A DNA stretch of 64,000 nt from Bacteroidales bacterium (GCA_017633255.1 JAGBPS010000024.1:12451-76450); one strand, 5' to 3'. Shown: positions 52,738 through 62,879, numbered from the stretch's first letter. The notes: generated by a model not told the origin, from the letters alone. Translations and numbers: made by a program.

Positions 52738-55700
52738 ATGGCAGAAAAAAAATTTATGACATGCGACGGTAACTGCGCTGCAGCGCACGTAGCCTACATG
52801 TTTAGCGAAGTCGCCGCTATCTATCCTATCACCCCCTCATCACCGATGGCAGAGTACATCGACGAGTGGAGTGCTGGCGGCAGAAAGAACATTTTCGGTG
52901 AGACCGTGAAAGTGGTCGAAATGCAATCAGAAGCCGGTGCTGCCGGTGCCGTTCACGGTTCACTGCAGGCTGGTGCCCTGACCACCACCTACACCGCTTC
53001 ACAGGGTCTGTTGCTGATGATCCCCAACATGTACAAGATTGCCGGCGAATTGCTGCCCGGCGTATTCCACGTGTCAGCACGTGCATTGGCTGCTCAGGCA
53101 CTGTCTATCTTCGGTGACCACGCCGACGTGATGAGCGCCCGTCAAACTGGTTTCGCCATGCTGGCTACCGGTTCCGTACAGGAAATCATGGACCTGGCTC
53201 CTGTTGCCCACCTGGCAGCTATCGAAGGCCGCGTTCCTTTCCTGCACTTCTTCGACGGTTTCCGTACCTCTCACGAAATCCAGAAAGTAGAAGCCGCTGA
53301 TCAAAGCAAAATCGAAAAATTGGTCAACTGGAAAGCCCTCAAGGAGTATCGTGAGCGCGCCCTGAATCCGGAACACCCCGTGACCCGCGGTACCGCCCAG
53401 AACCCCGATATCTATTTCCAGACCAGAGAGTTGCAGAACAAGTACTACGACGCTCTTCCCGACATCGTTGCCAAATACATGAAGAAACTGAGCAAGATCA
53501 CCGGTCGTGAATATGCTCCCTTCACCTTCTACGGCGCAGAAGACGCTACCGACATCATCATCGCTATGGGCTCCATCACCGACGTCATCAAAACCGTCAT
53601 CGACAAGGAGAACAAAGCAGGCAAGAAACTCGGTCTCGTCAGCGTGCACCTCTATCGTCCGTTCAGCGTGAAGTACCTCGGCCAAGTGCTGCCTGAGACC
53701 GTCAAGCGCATCTGCGTCCTCGACCGTACAAAGGAGCCCGGCGCCAATGGCGACCCGCTGTATCTGGATGTTGTCGAAGCCTTCGCCAACTGCAAGGACA
53801 TCCCAGCTGCCAACAAACCTTTGATTATCGGTGGTCGCTTTGGTCTCTCCTCAAAAGACACCACTCCTGCTCAGATTCTGGCAGTTTACAAGAACCTCGC
53901 CGCTCCCAAACCGATGAACCAGTTCACCGTGGGTATCAACGACGATGTTACCCACCGTTCTCTCAAGGTTGGCAAGGAAATCTCTATCCTGCCGAAGGGC
54001 ACTTTCGAAGCCAAATTCTATGGCCTCGGCGCTGACGGTACTGTAGGTGCTAACAAGAACAGTATCAAGATTATCGGTGACAACACCAATAAATACAGCC
54101 AGGCTTATTTCGACTATGACTCCAAGAAGTCAGGCGGTTATACCTGCTCACACCTTCGTTTCGGTGACCAGCCCATCCTGGCTCCTTACTTGGTAGGTAC
54201 TCCCGACTTCGTGGCCGTTCATGTTCCTTCTTACCTGAAGAAATATGACTGTCTGCGCGGTCTGAAGAAAAACGGTACTTTCCTTTACAACTCACCGTGG
54301 AGCGTGGCCGACACCAAGAAACATCTTCCCGATTTCGTGAAGAAATACTTGGCTCTCAACAATATCAACATGTACATCATCGACGCCACCAAGATTGCCG
54401 CTGAGATCGGTTTGGGCAACCGTACCAACACCATCCTGCAGAGCGCATTCTTCAAGATTTCAGGCGTTATTCCTTACGACCTCGCTGTGGAACAGATGAA
54501 GAAATTCATCGTGAAATCATACGGCAAGAAGGGTGAGGATATTGTCAACATGAACTATGCAGCTGTTGACCGTGGTGGTGAAATCACCAAGGTTGACATT
54601 CCCGCTGAATGGGCTAAGTTGGAATGCAGCACCGACTTCGTTTTCGAACACAACGACAGCGATCCCGAATTCATCAACAAGGTGATGCGCCCGATGGTTG
54701 CTCAGTGCGGTAACGACCTGCCTGTGAGCGCCTTCAAGGAAATCGTTGACGGTACTTTCCCCGCTGGTACCACCGCTTACGAGAAACGTGGTGTGGCTAC
54801 CGTAGTTCCCGAATGGAATCCTGCCAACTGTATCCAGTGTAACCAGTGCTCTTTGGTATGTCCTCACGCAGCTATCCGTCCCGTAGTAATGACTGATGCT
54901 GAGTTGAAGAAAGCTCCTAAGGGCATGGCTGCCATCGACATCAAAGCTCCGAAGGAATTTGCCGGTATGCATTTCCGCATGCAGGTTTCCGTAATGGACT
55001 GCACCGGTTGCGGCAACTGCGCCGACGTATGTCCCGCCAAGGAGAAAGCTTTGGTGATGAAACCTTTCGAAAGCCAGCTTGACGAAGCCAAGAACTGGGA
55101 TTACAGCCAGAAGAAAGTTACCTACAAAGACAACCTCATCGACAAATACGCTACTGCCAAGAACAGCCAATTCGCACAGCCTCTGTTCGAGTTCTCAGGC
55201 GCTTGCGCTGGTTGCGGCGAGACTCCGTACATCAAGACCATCACCCAACTGTTTGGTGAGAGAATGATTGTGGCTAATGCTACCGGCTGCTCCTCCATCT
55301 ATGGTGGTTCAGCACCTGCAACTCCTTACTGCAAGAACTACAGAAGCGGCAAGGGTGTGGCTTGGGCCAACAGCTTGTTCGAAGACAATGCCGAATTCGG
55401 TCTTGGTATGGCTACCGCTACCCGCAAGATGCGCGACCGCGTGGAACGCGTCATGAGAGAAGCTATCGCCAACTGCGACTGCTGCAGCACTGAACTGAAA
55501 GCCATGTTCCAGGAATGGATTGACAACCGCGAATGCGGTATGAAGACCGCTGAGTTGGCCGACAAGATTGTGGCCGCTTGCGAGAAATGCGGTTGCGACT
55601 ACTGCAAGCAGATTGTTGACCTGAAAGACCACTTGGTGAAGAAATCACAGTGGATCTTCGGTGGTGACGGTTGGGCTTACGACATCGGTTTCGGCGGTTT

Positions 55701-56295
55701 GGACCATGTATTGGCCAGCGGCGAAGACGTGAACGTACTCGTACTCGACACCGAAGTTTATTCTAACACTGGTGGACAGTCCTCAAAGGCTACTCCGGCA
55801 GGTGCTGTCGCCAAATTTGCCGCTTCTGGTAAGAAGGTGCGCAAGAAAGACCTCGGCATGATTGCCAAGAGCTACGGCTATGTGTATGTGGCACAGGTAG
55901 CTATGGGCGCTTCCCAGGCTCAGTACTTCAAGGCCATCAAGGAAGCTGAAGCTTATCCTGGACCGTCATTGATCATCTGCTATGCTCCCTGTATCAACCA
56001 CGGTATCAAGATTGGTATGGGTCACTCACAGCTCGAAGAGAAGCTCGCCGTTGATTGCGGTTACTGGCACCTGTGGCGCTTCAACCCCGCCGAGGAAGAG
56101 GCCGGCCAGAACGGTTTCCACTTGGACAGCAAGGAACCCAACTGGGCCGACTTCCAGAAATTCATCATGGGCGAGGTCCGTTACAACTCCCTGATGAAGA
56201 CCTTCCCGGAAGAAGCCAAAGAACTTTTCGCCAAGACCGAGCAGTTCGCGAAACTGAGATACGAAGGATATAAGAAGTTGAGTGAAGGGAAATAA
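52738..56295 (+). CDS. nifJ: Pyruvate:ferredoxin (flavodoxin) oxidoreductase
   Basis: 1185 aa with two ferredoxin-type clusters (CIQCNQCSLVCP, CTGCGNCADVCP) and the TPP motif GGDGWAYDIGFGG. Confidence 0.95.
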   Translation: MAEKKFMTCDGNCAAAHVAYMFSEVAAIYPITPSSPMAEYIDEWSAGGRKNIFGETVKVVEMQSEAGAAGAVHGSLQAGALTTTYTASQGLLLMIPNMYKIAGELLPGVFHVSARALAAQALSIFGDHADVMSARQTGFAMLATGSVQEIMDLAPVAHLAAIEGRVPFLHFFDGFRTSHEIQKVEAADQSKIEKLVNWKALKEYRERALNPEHPVTRGTAQNPDIYFQTRELQNKYYDALPDIVAKYMKKLSKITGREYAPFTFYGAEDATDIIIAMGSITDVIKTVIDKENKAGKKLGLVSVHLYRPFSVKYLGQVLPETVKRICVLDRTKEPGANGDPLYLDVVEAFANCKDIPAANKPLIIGGRFGLSSKDTTPAQILAVYKNLAAPKPMNQFTVGINDDVTHRSLKVGKEISILPKGTFEAKFYGLGADGTVGANKNSIKIIGDNTNKYSQAYFDYDSKKSGGYTCSHLRFGDQPILAPYLVGTPDFVAVHVPSYLKKYDCLRGLKKNGTFLYNSPWSVADTKKHLPDFVKKYLALNNINMYIIDATKIAAEIGLGNRTNTILQSAFFKISGVIPYDLAVEQMKKFIVKSYGKKGEDIVNMNYAAVDRGGEITKVDIPAEWAKLECSTDFVFEHNDSDPEFINKVMRPMVAQCGNDLPVSAFKEIVDGTFPAGTTAYEKRGVATVVPEWNPANCIQCNQCSLVCPHAAIRPVVMTDAELKKAPKGMAAIDIKAPKEFAGMHFRMQVSVMDCTGCGNCADVCPAKEKALVMKPFESQLDEAKNWDYSQKKVTYKDNLIDKYATAKNSQFAQPLFEFSGACAGCGETPYIKTITQLFGERMIVANATGCSSIYGGSAPATPYCKNYRSGKGVAWANSLFEDNAEFGLGMATATRKMRDRVERVMREAIANCDCCSTELKAMFQEWIDNRECGMKTAELADKIVAACEKCGCDYCKQIVDLKDHLVKKSQWIFGGDGWAYDIGFGGLDHVLASGEDVNVLVLDTEVYSNTGGQSSKATPAGAVAKFAASGKKVRKKDLGMIAKSYGYVYVAQVAMGASQAQYFKAIKEAEAYPGPSLIICYAPCINHGIKIGMGHSQLEEKLAVDCGYWHLWRFNPAEEEAGQNGFHLDSKEPNWADFQKFIMGEVRYNSLMKTFPEEAKELFAKTEQFAKLRYEGYKKLSEGK

Positions 56296-56354
56296 TCCTT
56301 AATTGGAATTCTCATAGAGACGGGGCACTCTCGTCTCTATAAATAAAAAGACTG

Positions 56355-56393
56355 GCGCACCTGCAAGAAATTGTGGGTGCGTCTGTTGTTTTT
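56355..56393 (+). terminator. Rho-independent terminator after nifJ
   Basis: GCGCACC-13 nt loop-GGTGCGT followed by CTGTTGTTTTT. It is preceded by a second hairpin, ATAGAGACG...CGTCTCTAT (56314..56340). Confidence 0.65.
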
Positions 56394-56592
56394 ACTTCAT
56401 CTCTGGCATCGCCTCAACTTGCGTCCAACGTTTTGACGATTTCCGGGTGATTTTTCCTGTAAAACGGGAAAACTTCGGTTCGTTGTCGTGCAGAACACCT
56501 CTTTTATAATACAAATCACAATCAGGAGTAATCATGTACGTGTATTGTGACAAAGAATAGAGAGATTTACATGCTAACTTATTGACTACTAA

Positions 56593-56678
56593 TATGACAT
56601 CACAAATTGTGATGTCATACTTAGAACCAACAACCAAAGAAAATGTCCGCTTTAAGATGCCAAAATGGCATCTTAAAG
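56593..56678. repeat. Two perfect 13-bp palindromic hairpins 30 nt apart
   Basis: TATGACATCACAA-A-TTGTGATGTCATA (56593..56619) and CTTTAAGATGCCA-AAA-TGGCATCTTAAAG (56650..56678). Confidence 0.85.
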
Positions 56679-56762
56679 ACAGGTCGTGGTCAACATGGTA
56701 TGAAAGCATCCCCACAAAATCCAATAGGATTTAAACTTGGAAACTAATACTGGAAATTTATG

Positions 56763-56770
56763 TACCTTTG
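56763..56770 (+). promoter_or_regulatory. -7 promoter box TACCTTTG
   Basis: TAnnTTTG match 39 nt upstream of the ATG at 56809. Confidence 0.5.
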
Positions 56771-56808
56771 CAGCTGAAAATCAGTTTGTCATCTAAAAAA
56801 GATCAATT

Positions 56809-57291
56809 ATGTCCACATTCACCATCCGGGCGGCGAGAGAGAATGAGGCCGCCACTGTTCTGGAATACATCAAGAAACTGGCTGAATATGAAAAACTTGC
56901 CCATGAGGTGGAGGCCACCGAGGAAGGACTCCATGAGGCTCTCTTCGTACGCCACGAAGCGGAAGTGGTGTTTGGGGAGGAAGATGGCGTGATTGTCGGC
57001 TTCGCCCTCTTTTTCCATAACTTCTCCACTTTTGTAGGGCACAAAGGCCTTTATTTGGAAGACCTCTTCGTGCTGCCGGAGAAGCGCGGCCTCGGTTACG
57101 GAAAGGCACTGCTGCAACATCTGGCCAAACTGGCGCTGGAGCGTCACTGCGGCCGCATGGAATGGGTTTGCCTCGACTGGAACCAACCTTCCATCGACTT
57201 CTACAAGAGCATCGGCGCCGTCCCCATGGAGGATTGGACCATCTATCGCCTTACCGAAGAGAAACTGAAAGAATTTGCCACTTCAAAATAG
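56809..57291 (+). CDS. GNAT family N-acetyltransferase (spermidine/diamine acetyltransferase-like)
   Basis: 160 aa with the acetyl-CoA motif LPEKRGLGYGKALL. Confidence 0.8.
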   Translation: MSTFTIRAARENEAATVLEYIKKLAEYEKLAHEVEATEEGLHEALFVRHEAEVVFGEEDGVIVGFALFFHNFSTFVGHKGLYLEDLFVLPEKRGLGYGKALLQHLAKLALERHCGRMEWVCLDWNQPSIDFYKSIGAVPMEDWTIYRLTEEKLKEFATSK

Positions 57292-57298
57292 AATAATC

Positions 57299-58156
57299 AT
57301 GAATACCACCATTGAAAAGCCTTTGGATTACCGGTGCTTTCTGCTCGGAATCGTTGTTTATTGGATATTTGATGCCGTTTGGGCCTCCTTTGCCCCTTTC
57401 TTTCTTGCTTTGGAAACAGTGATGAATCCAATAGCAGTGATTATAGGCAAATCCATATTGACATTATTGGTGTTTTACCTCCTGTTCCACAAAGCGAAAA
57501 TGCCAACTATCAAATGGGGGCATATCTTAATAATGGTCGCTTTTTTGATAATTATGAGTCTGTTGGATATTTTGCTTAACCGTTTTTTTGATATTCATTC
57601 TGTCGTTAACAATCAAATGAACCGGGACATCTCCAACTATGTGATGCAAAACGTGCGAAAATGGTCAAATTTAATCACATCTCTCCTCATTATCGGTTTC
57701 ATCTGGTGGCGTTACGATTCGGAGGACACCACTTCTGACAGCGAAACCTCAACAGTCGAATCCCGAGGCTATTACGGAGGTATGCTGTTCTCCATCACTT
57801 TGGGATATATTCTTTCCTTGATACGAGTAATCGGTAGCAATTACTGGATGTATACTCTTCATCCGATACAGGAAGATGTGATTACCTGTTTGCTGATTCT
57901 TGCCGTTACTATCGGTGCCATTTACCTGCTTGCCAAAAAGCGTATGGTGGTATTACCCATTGTAGTAGTTATGATTATCCTCTTCCTACACTTTTTCTCC
58001 GCAAATTATCTGTTTAACATCATCGCTAAATATTTCACCATAAACGACATCTTGTATCCGCAGGTGTCATTTATCGTTCCTGTTGCCACTATTTGTGGTA
58101 TCGCATATAATCTTGCGGCCTTTATCCTCTACCGCAAAGAGTTGAAAAACAGGTAG
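57299..58156 (+). CDS. Hypothetical polytopic membrane protein
   Basis: Start moved to Met9 (ATG 57299) to remove the overlap with the GNAT gene. It has about 7 hydrophobic segments and no recognisable motif. Confidence 0.5.
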   Translation: MNTTIEKPLDYRCFLLGIVVYWIFDAVWASFAPFFLALETVMNPIAVIIGKSILTLLVFYLLFHKAKMPTIKWGHILIMVAFLIIMSLLDILLNRFFDIHSVVNNQMNRDISNYVMQNVRKWSNLITSLLIIGFIWWRYDSEDTTSDSETSTVESRGYYGGMLFSITLGYILSLIRVIGSNYWMYTLHPIQEDVITCLLILAVTIGAIYLLAKKRMVVLPIVVVMIILFLHFFSANYLFNIIAKYFTINDILYPQVSFIVPVATICGIAYNLAAFILYRKELKNR

Positions 58157-58262
58157 AAACGTTTCATGAAACGTCTCTACATTCAGATACACCTCAAACG
58201 CTTTTAGGGACGTGATAAATCACGGTTTACTGAGCTTGAATAATAAGTCGCCATTAACGCTA

Positions 58263-58709
58263 CTATTTCAGCAATTGCGCTGTGTGGTTTTTGGTATCGA
58301 CTTTGCCGATGGCATCGATGATAACGCCTTGTTCGTCAATGACGTAGGTGGTGCGTAGCGTACCCTCGGTCACTTTACCATACATTTTCTTCTCGCCCCA
58401 AGCCTCGTAGGCTTTCAGGATGGTGAGATCGGTGTCGGCAACGAGGTGGAAAGGCAACTCGTACTTGGCGATGAACTTCTGATGTGAGGCGGCAGAATCT
58501 CTGCTTACACCCAACACCTCGTAACCCATGGCAAGGAAACGCTGATAGTTGTCACGCAGGTCGCAGGCCTCGGCGGTACAGCCAGGCGTGCTGTCCTTCG
58601 GATAAAAGTAGAGCACCAACTTCTTTCCTGCGAAATCTTTCAGGGAAACGGACTTTCCGTTTTCGTCAACGCCCTCAAAATATGGGGCTTTTGTTCCAAT
58701 CTGTAACAT
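58263..58709 (-). CDS. bcp: Thioredoxin-dependent peroxiredoxin Bcp
   Basis: Start moved to Met23 (MLQIGTKAPYFEG...). Peroxidatic Cys context YFYPKDSTPGCTAEAC. Confidence 0.9.
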   Translation of the reverse strand: MLQIGTKAPYFEGVDENGKSVSLKDFAGKKLVLYFYPKDSTPGCTAEACDLRDNYQRFLAMGYEVLGVSRDSAASHQKFIAKYELPFHLVADTDLTILKAYEAWGEKKMYGKVTEGTLRTTYVIDEQGVIIDAIGKVDTKNHTAQLLK

Positions 58710-58735
58710 TTTTCTGTTTTTTTGACTTTGAATGA

Positions 58736-58743
58736 CAAAAATA
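58736..58743 (-). promoter_or_regulatory. -7 promoter box TATTTTTG (minus strand) for bcp
   Basis: Plus-strand CAAAAATA, 27 nt upstream of the start at 58709. Confidence 0.5.
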
Positions 58744-58764
58744 GCATTTTTTCGGGAAATGTCG

Positions 58765-58772
58765 TATTTTTG
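58765..58772 (+). promoter_or_regulatory. -7 promoter box TATTTTTG
   Basis: TAnnTTTG match 91 nt upstream of the ATG at 58863. Confidence 0.4.
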
Positions 58773-58862
58773 CATTCTTAATTATCAGGATTCCCGAAAT
58801 GGCTCATTTTACAATGCCATCGTTATGTTGTAGCATCCTGATTAACAAAAACATAAATAAAA

Positions 58863-59897
58863 ATGACTCCTGACATAGCAAAAGAGACACAACGAATCGC
58901 ATATTTAGACATCCTCCGCATATTGGCGACCTTCGGTGTGGTGTTTCTCCATGTCTCCTGCAGAGAGTATTATTCCACTTTCATTTCCTTCGATTGGTAT
59001 CTTGCCGCCTTCAATGGCAGTCTGGTGCGCTGGGCCGTCCCCGTTTTCGTGATGATCAGCGGAGCCCTTTTCCTAAACCCTGCGAGAGACATTCCCACCA
59101 AAGACATTCTGAGCCAGAAAATTCCAAGATTACTGTTGGCATACGTTTTTTGGTGGCTGGTATATTCCGTTATCATGTCATCTTGCAGTCTGATCTTTGG
59201 AGATGCTATCGGCCTCCCCTTCAGTTATGAATTTTTCATGCCCCGCTTTCACCTGTGGTTTCTTCCTATGCTCATGGGAATTTATTTGCTCATCCCATTT
59301 CTCCGCAAAATTGCTGCCGACGAAAAACTTCTCCGTTTTGCCCTTGTTCTCTGGATAGTCTATCTTACCGGTAGTTTTTTTATGGTAATAGAAATCCCTC
59401 AAATCTCACCGCTTTTTGCCATGAATATCGTTGTGGGACATACCGGCTATTTTCTGCTAGGCTATTATCTTTCAAAAGTATCCATTACCGCCAAACAACT
59501 GAAAATCATATACTTGCTTGGCATTCTTGGATTTATCCTAACTGTTGCAGGCAACATTATTCTTTCCATTCACGATGGCGAAAGTAATGACATGTTTCTT
59601 AATACCTTGAGCATGTTTGTGGTTTTAATGGCCGCCGCGCTTTTTGTCTTCATCAAGGAAATCTCACCGAAAATTGAAAACAAAACGACAAAATTGGTAA
59701 ACTATGTCCGACAAGATTTGTTTGGCATTTATCTCACCCATGCCCTCTGGCTGACAGTGCTGAACAGGGCTGTCATCCGCAATCTATGCAATCAAGCTGT
59801 CACCATTCCGTTGATTGCCATTGCGGTATTTGTGCTGAGCCTGTACACCACCAAACTCATCAGAAAAATTCCCTTTTTGAAAAATTTTGTAGAATGA
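58863..59897 (+). CDS. Acyltransferase family 3 membrane protein (O-acyltransferase)
   Basis: 344 aa with about 10 TM segments and the N-terminal motif YLDILRILATFGVVFLHV. Confidence 0.75.
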   Translation: MTPDIAKETQRIAYLDILRILATFGVVFLHVSCREYYSTFISFDWYLAAFNGSLVRWAVPVFVMISGALFLNPARDIPTKDILSQKIPRLLLAYVFWWLVYSVIMSSCSLIFGDAIGLPFSYEFFMPRFHLWFLPMLMGIYLLIPFLRKIAADEKLLRFALVLWIVYLTGSFFMVIEIPQISPLFAMNIVVGHTGYFLLGYYLSKVSITAKQLKIIYLLGILGFILTVAGNIILSIHDGESNDMFLNTLSMFVVLMAAALFVFIKEISPKIENKTTKLVNYVRQDLFGIYLTHALWLTVLNRAVIRNLCNQAVTIPLIAIAVFVLSLYTTKLIRKIPFLKNFVE

Positions 59898-59932
59898 TGC
59901 ATCTAAGCAAAACGACTGAAATAGAAAATTTG

Positions 59933-59940
59933 TATCTTTG
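59933..59940 (+). promoter_or_regulatory. -7 promoter box TATCTTTG
   Basis: TAnnTTTG match 22 nt upstream of the ATG at 59962. The tracked start at 59938 lies inside the box. Confidence 0.5.
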
Positions 59941-59961
59941 TACCATCAAATTTATACTATA

Positions 59962-62106
59962 ATGATAAAGAAAATCAACTTTTTAATCATCTTAGCGATG
60001 ATGTTTGTTTTTGGGGCCCAGGCCGATGAAGGCATGTGGCTGCCCTACTCTATTAACGGTCAGAACTTGGCTGACATGCAGCGACTTGGCTGCAAACTGA
60101 CCGCTGAGCAAATTTTCAGTTTCAACCAGCCCAGCCTGAAGGACGCTATCGTACAGTTCGGTGGCGGCTGCACCGGCGAGCTGATTTCTCCCGAAGGCTT
60201 GCTGCTCACCAACCATCACTGCGGCCTTTCGTACGTGCAAACCCACGCTTCTGTGGAACATGACTATCTGAAGGACGGTTTCTGGGCCAGAAGCAAGGAC
60301 CAGGAGCTTCCCAACGAAGGTCTGACAGTTTCATTTTTGAATTACATTGAGGATGTGACGGAACTGGTGCTGAAAGGCGTTACCGACAACATGTCGGAAG
60401 AGGCCCGTGCGGAGAAAATCGACGCCAACCGCAAGCAGCTGGCCAAAGAACGCAAGGGGGACAAGGCTGTGAAAGTGGAAATTATTCCCTTCTATCACGG
60501 CAACCAGTACATTCTGTTTGTGTACGACGTGTATAAGGATGTCCGCTTGGTGGCTTGTCCCCCCTGGGGCATTGGCAAATTCGGCGCCGACACCGACAAC
60601 TGGACCTGGCCGCGCCACAAGGGTGACTTCTGCATCTTCCGCGTCTATACCTCCCCCGACGGCTCACCAGCGGAATACAGCAAGAAGAATGTTCCCATGA
60701 AGTCCAAACATTTCCTGCCCATTTCCTTAAAAGGCGTACAACCAGGTGATTACACCATGATTTTGGGTTACCCCGGCTCCACCGACCGTTACTCTGCCTC
60801 AGGTTCAGTAAAGAATGTTATCGAACTGGAAGGACCCGCCATTGTGGACTGCCGTACCACCAAGCTGGAGCAATATCGCAAGCACATGGATGCCGACCCC
60901 GCCGTGTTCATTCAATACGCTTCCAAACAAGCCAGCGTGAGCAACTACTGGAAATATTATATCGGTCAGGTAAAGCAGCTGAAACGCAACAAAGTATATG
61001 AGAAACGTTTGGATCAGGAAAAAGCATTCCGCCAGTGGGCTGCCCAGGACAAAAACCGCAATGCGAAATATGCGGGCATCTTCGATGAAATGGACAACTA
61101 TTGGGATCATCAGTCCAAATACACCAAAGCTTTGATTTATCACCGCGAAGCCGGCTGGCGTGGCGGTGAGGCCGTGACTTTCGCACTGAGATTCAGAGCG
61201 GTAAACAATGCTTTCAGCGACAAATCGGTCTCCAAAGATGATATTAAAGCCTACGTCAAAAAGATGAAAGGTTCTGTTCAGGACTTTTTCAAAGATTATG
61301 ACAAAGCGTTGGATCGCGATGTGACCATTGCGTTGTTGAACCTCTTCTACAAGGATGTCAATCCCGCACAACTTCCCGCCACCATCAAAAAGGTGGGTGA
61401 CAAGACAGGTGGAGATTTTACCGCTTTTGTGGATAACGCTTTCGCCAAATCCATTTTTGTGGATGCCGACAAATTATACGCCTGGATTGACAATCCGAAA
61501 CCCCTTTCAAAAGATCCCATTTATGCGTTGATGTATGACATTCTGCAATCGTATTGGAATTTAAGCGAAGAAGCTGAAAAGGTGAACTGCAGCCGTGCCG
61601 ACCGACTCTACATGGAAGGCCTGATGGAAATGCAGAATGACCGCAACTTCTACCCCGATGCCAACTTCACCATGCGACTCACCTACGGCAGCGTGCAGGA
61701 TTGCAAACCATCGGACGGTGTCACCTACAACTACATCACCACTCTGGACGGTGTGATGGCCAAGTACATACCTGGCAACTGGGAATTTGACGTGCCGCAA
61801 GACCTCATCAAACTGTGGGAAAGCCACGATTACGGCCGCTATGCCAACGAAAACGGCGATTTGGTGGTGAATTTCATCACGACTAACGACATCACCGGCG
61901 GTAACTCCGGTAGTCCCGTGATTGACGCGCAGGGCAACCTCATCGGTCTGGCTTTCGACGGCAACTGGGAAGCCATGAGCGGTGACATCTCCTTCGAGAA
62001 TGAAGTGCAGCGCACCATCTGCATGGACATGCGTTACCTGCTCTTCATCATCGACAAGATGGCCAACGCCCAAAACCTGATGCAGGAAATAAAGATTGTT
62101 GATTAG
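59962..62106 (+). CDS. S46 family dipeptidyl-peptidase, DPP7-type
   Basis: Start at Met9 (MIKKINFLIILAMMFVFGAQADEGMWLP). Catalytic contexts TNHHCG and GGNSGSPVID. The S1 position reads FDGNWE (Gly, not Arg). Confidence 0.9.
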   Translation: MIKKINFLIILAMMFVFGAQADEGMWLPYSINGQNLADMQRLGCKLTAEQIFSFNQPSLKDAIVQFGGGCTGELISPEGLLLTNHHCGLSYVQTHASVEHDYLKDGFWARSKDQELPNEGLTVSFLNYIEDVTELVLKGVTDNMSEEARAEKIDANRKQLAKERKGDKAVKVEIIPFYHGNQYILFVYDVYKDVRLVACPPWGIGKFGADTDNWTWPRHKGDFCIFRVYTSPDGSPAEYSKKNVPMKSKHFLPISLKGVQPGDYTMILGYPGSTDRYSASGSVKNVIELEGPAIVDCRTTKLEQYRKHMDADPAVFIQYASKQASVSNYWKYYIGQVKQLKRNKVYEKRLDQEKAFRQWAAQDKNRNAKYAGIFDEMDNYWDHQSKYTKALIYHREAGWRGGEAVTFALRFRAVNNAFSDKSVSKDDIKAYVKKMKGSVQDFFKDYDKALDRDVTIALLNLFYKDVNPAQLPATIKKVGDKTGGDFTAFVDNAFAKSIFVDADKLYAWIDNPKPLSKDPIYALMYDILQSYWNLSEEAEKVNCSRADRLYMEGLMEMQNDRNFYPDANFTMRLTYGSVQDCKPSDGVTYNYITTLDGVMAKYIPGNWEFDVPQDLIKLWESHDYGRYANENGDLVVNFITTNDITGGNSGSPVIDAQGNLIGLAFDGNWEAMSGDISFENEVQRTICMDMRYLLFIIDKMANAQNLMQEIKIVD

Positions 62107-62143
62107 CCGTAGTCTATTGATATTATTATCTTTCAAATGACAT

Positions 62144-62174
62144 AAAAAAAACGCCTCGATTAACGGGGCGTTTT
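62144..62174. terminator. Bidirectional rho-independent terminator
   Basis: AAAAAAAA-CGCCTCG-ATTAA-CGGGGCG-TTTT between convergent stops at 62106 and 62198. Confidence 0.8.
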
Positions 62175-62197
62175 CTTTTATTCTTTGGTATAAAAGA

Positions 62198-62767
62198 TTA
62201 ATGAAGAGTATATCTAAGACCTACACACACTGCCCAGTCAAAATAGCTGACGGCCAGATGTTCTCTGAACAACAGACCATAACCAGGTCTGAAATCAGCC
62301 TGAAGAGTCAAAGGAATATTAAACTTGTACTCAATACCACCAATAGCGTTAATACCGAATTTACCATATACGGTAGTGTTTCGACCATAATTGTAAATAT
62401 AACCATTATTCGTGTACCATGAATAACCCAAACTGAGACCACCACCAACTAACCAATGCATACCTTTTGAGCCAACGGCAGCTTCATACATAAAATTAGG
62501 ATTTGCCTCAATAGTCATCGGACTCACACGAGCGTGCCCATCTTCATGGTCCCCGTTATACCATATATCATAAGTTGCAGGACCGATTGTCCATTTGAAA
62601 CCGGCATCCACACTGAAAGCCAAATTATCCGTCAAAAATGTTTTGTAGGAAAAGGCTTCCGTATTGCCCAAAGTTCCACCAATGCTGTGTTTGTATGGTG
62701 CTTGAGCATTCAATGTCAGCATCATACCCATCACTAAACTCAATAAAATTACACTGATCTTTTTCAT
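62198..62767 (-). CDS. Small outer-membrane beta-barrel protein (OmpW/porin-like)
   Basis: 189 aa, signal peptide, and alternating aromatic/Gly-rich beta-strand pattern. Confidence 0.6.
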   Translation of the reverse strand: MKKISVILLSLVMGMMLTLNAQAPYKHSIGGTLGNTEAFSYKTFLTDNLAFSVDAGFKWTIGPATYDIWYNGDHEDGHARVSPMTIEANPNFMYEAAVGSKGMHWLVGGGLSLGYSWYTNNGYIYNYGRNTTVYGKFGINAIGGIEYKFNIPLTLQADFRPGYGLLFREHLAVSYFDWAVCVGLRYTLH

Positions 62768-62801
62768 AACTTTAGTTTTTTTAATGGTTTTAATTTTTCT
62801 G

Positions 62802-62809
62802 CAAATTTA
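62802..62809 (-). promoter_or_regulatory. -7 promoter box TAAATTTG (minus strand)
   Basis: Plus-strand CAAATTTA, 35 nt upstream of the start at 62767. Confidence 0.5.
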
Positions 62810-62879
62810 GATTTTTTAACATTCTAAACGTGTTCTTTGTTGAAAAAATTATGCACACATACAAGTTGAATATTTTTCG

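Noticed and set aside
56392-56724. 110-aa minus-strand ORF downstream of nifJ
   Set aside because: It has no -7 box upstream and no motif. It contains two perfect palindromes, and its stop end overlaps the T-tract of the nifJ terminator. I treated the region as probably non-coding (see the finding at 56593..56678).
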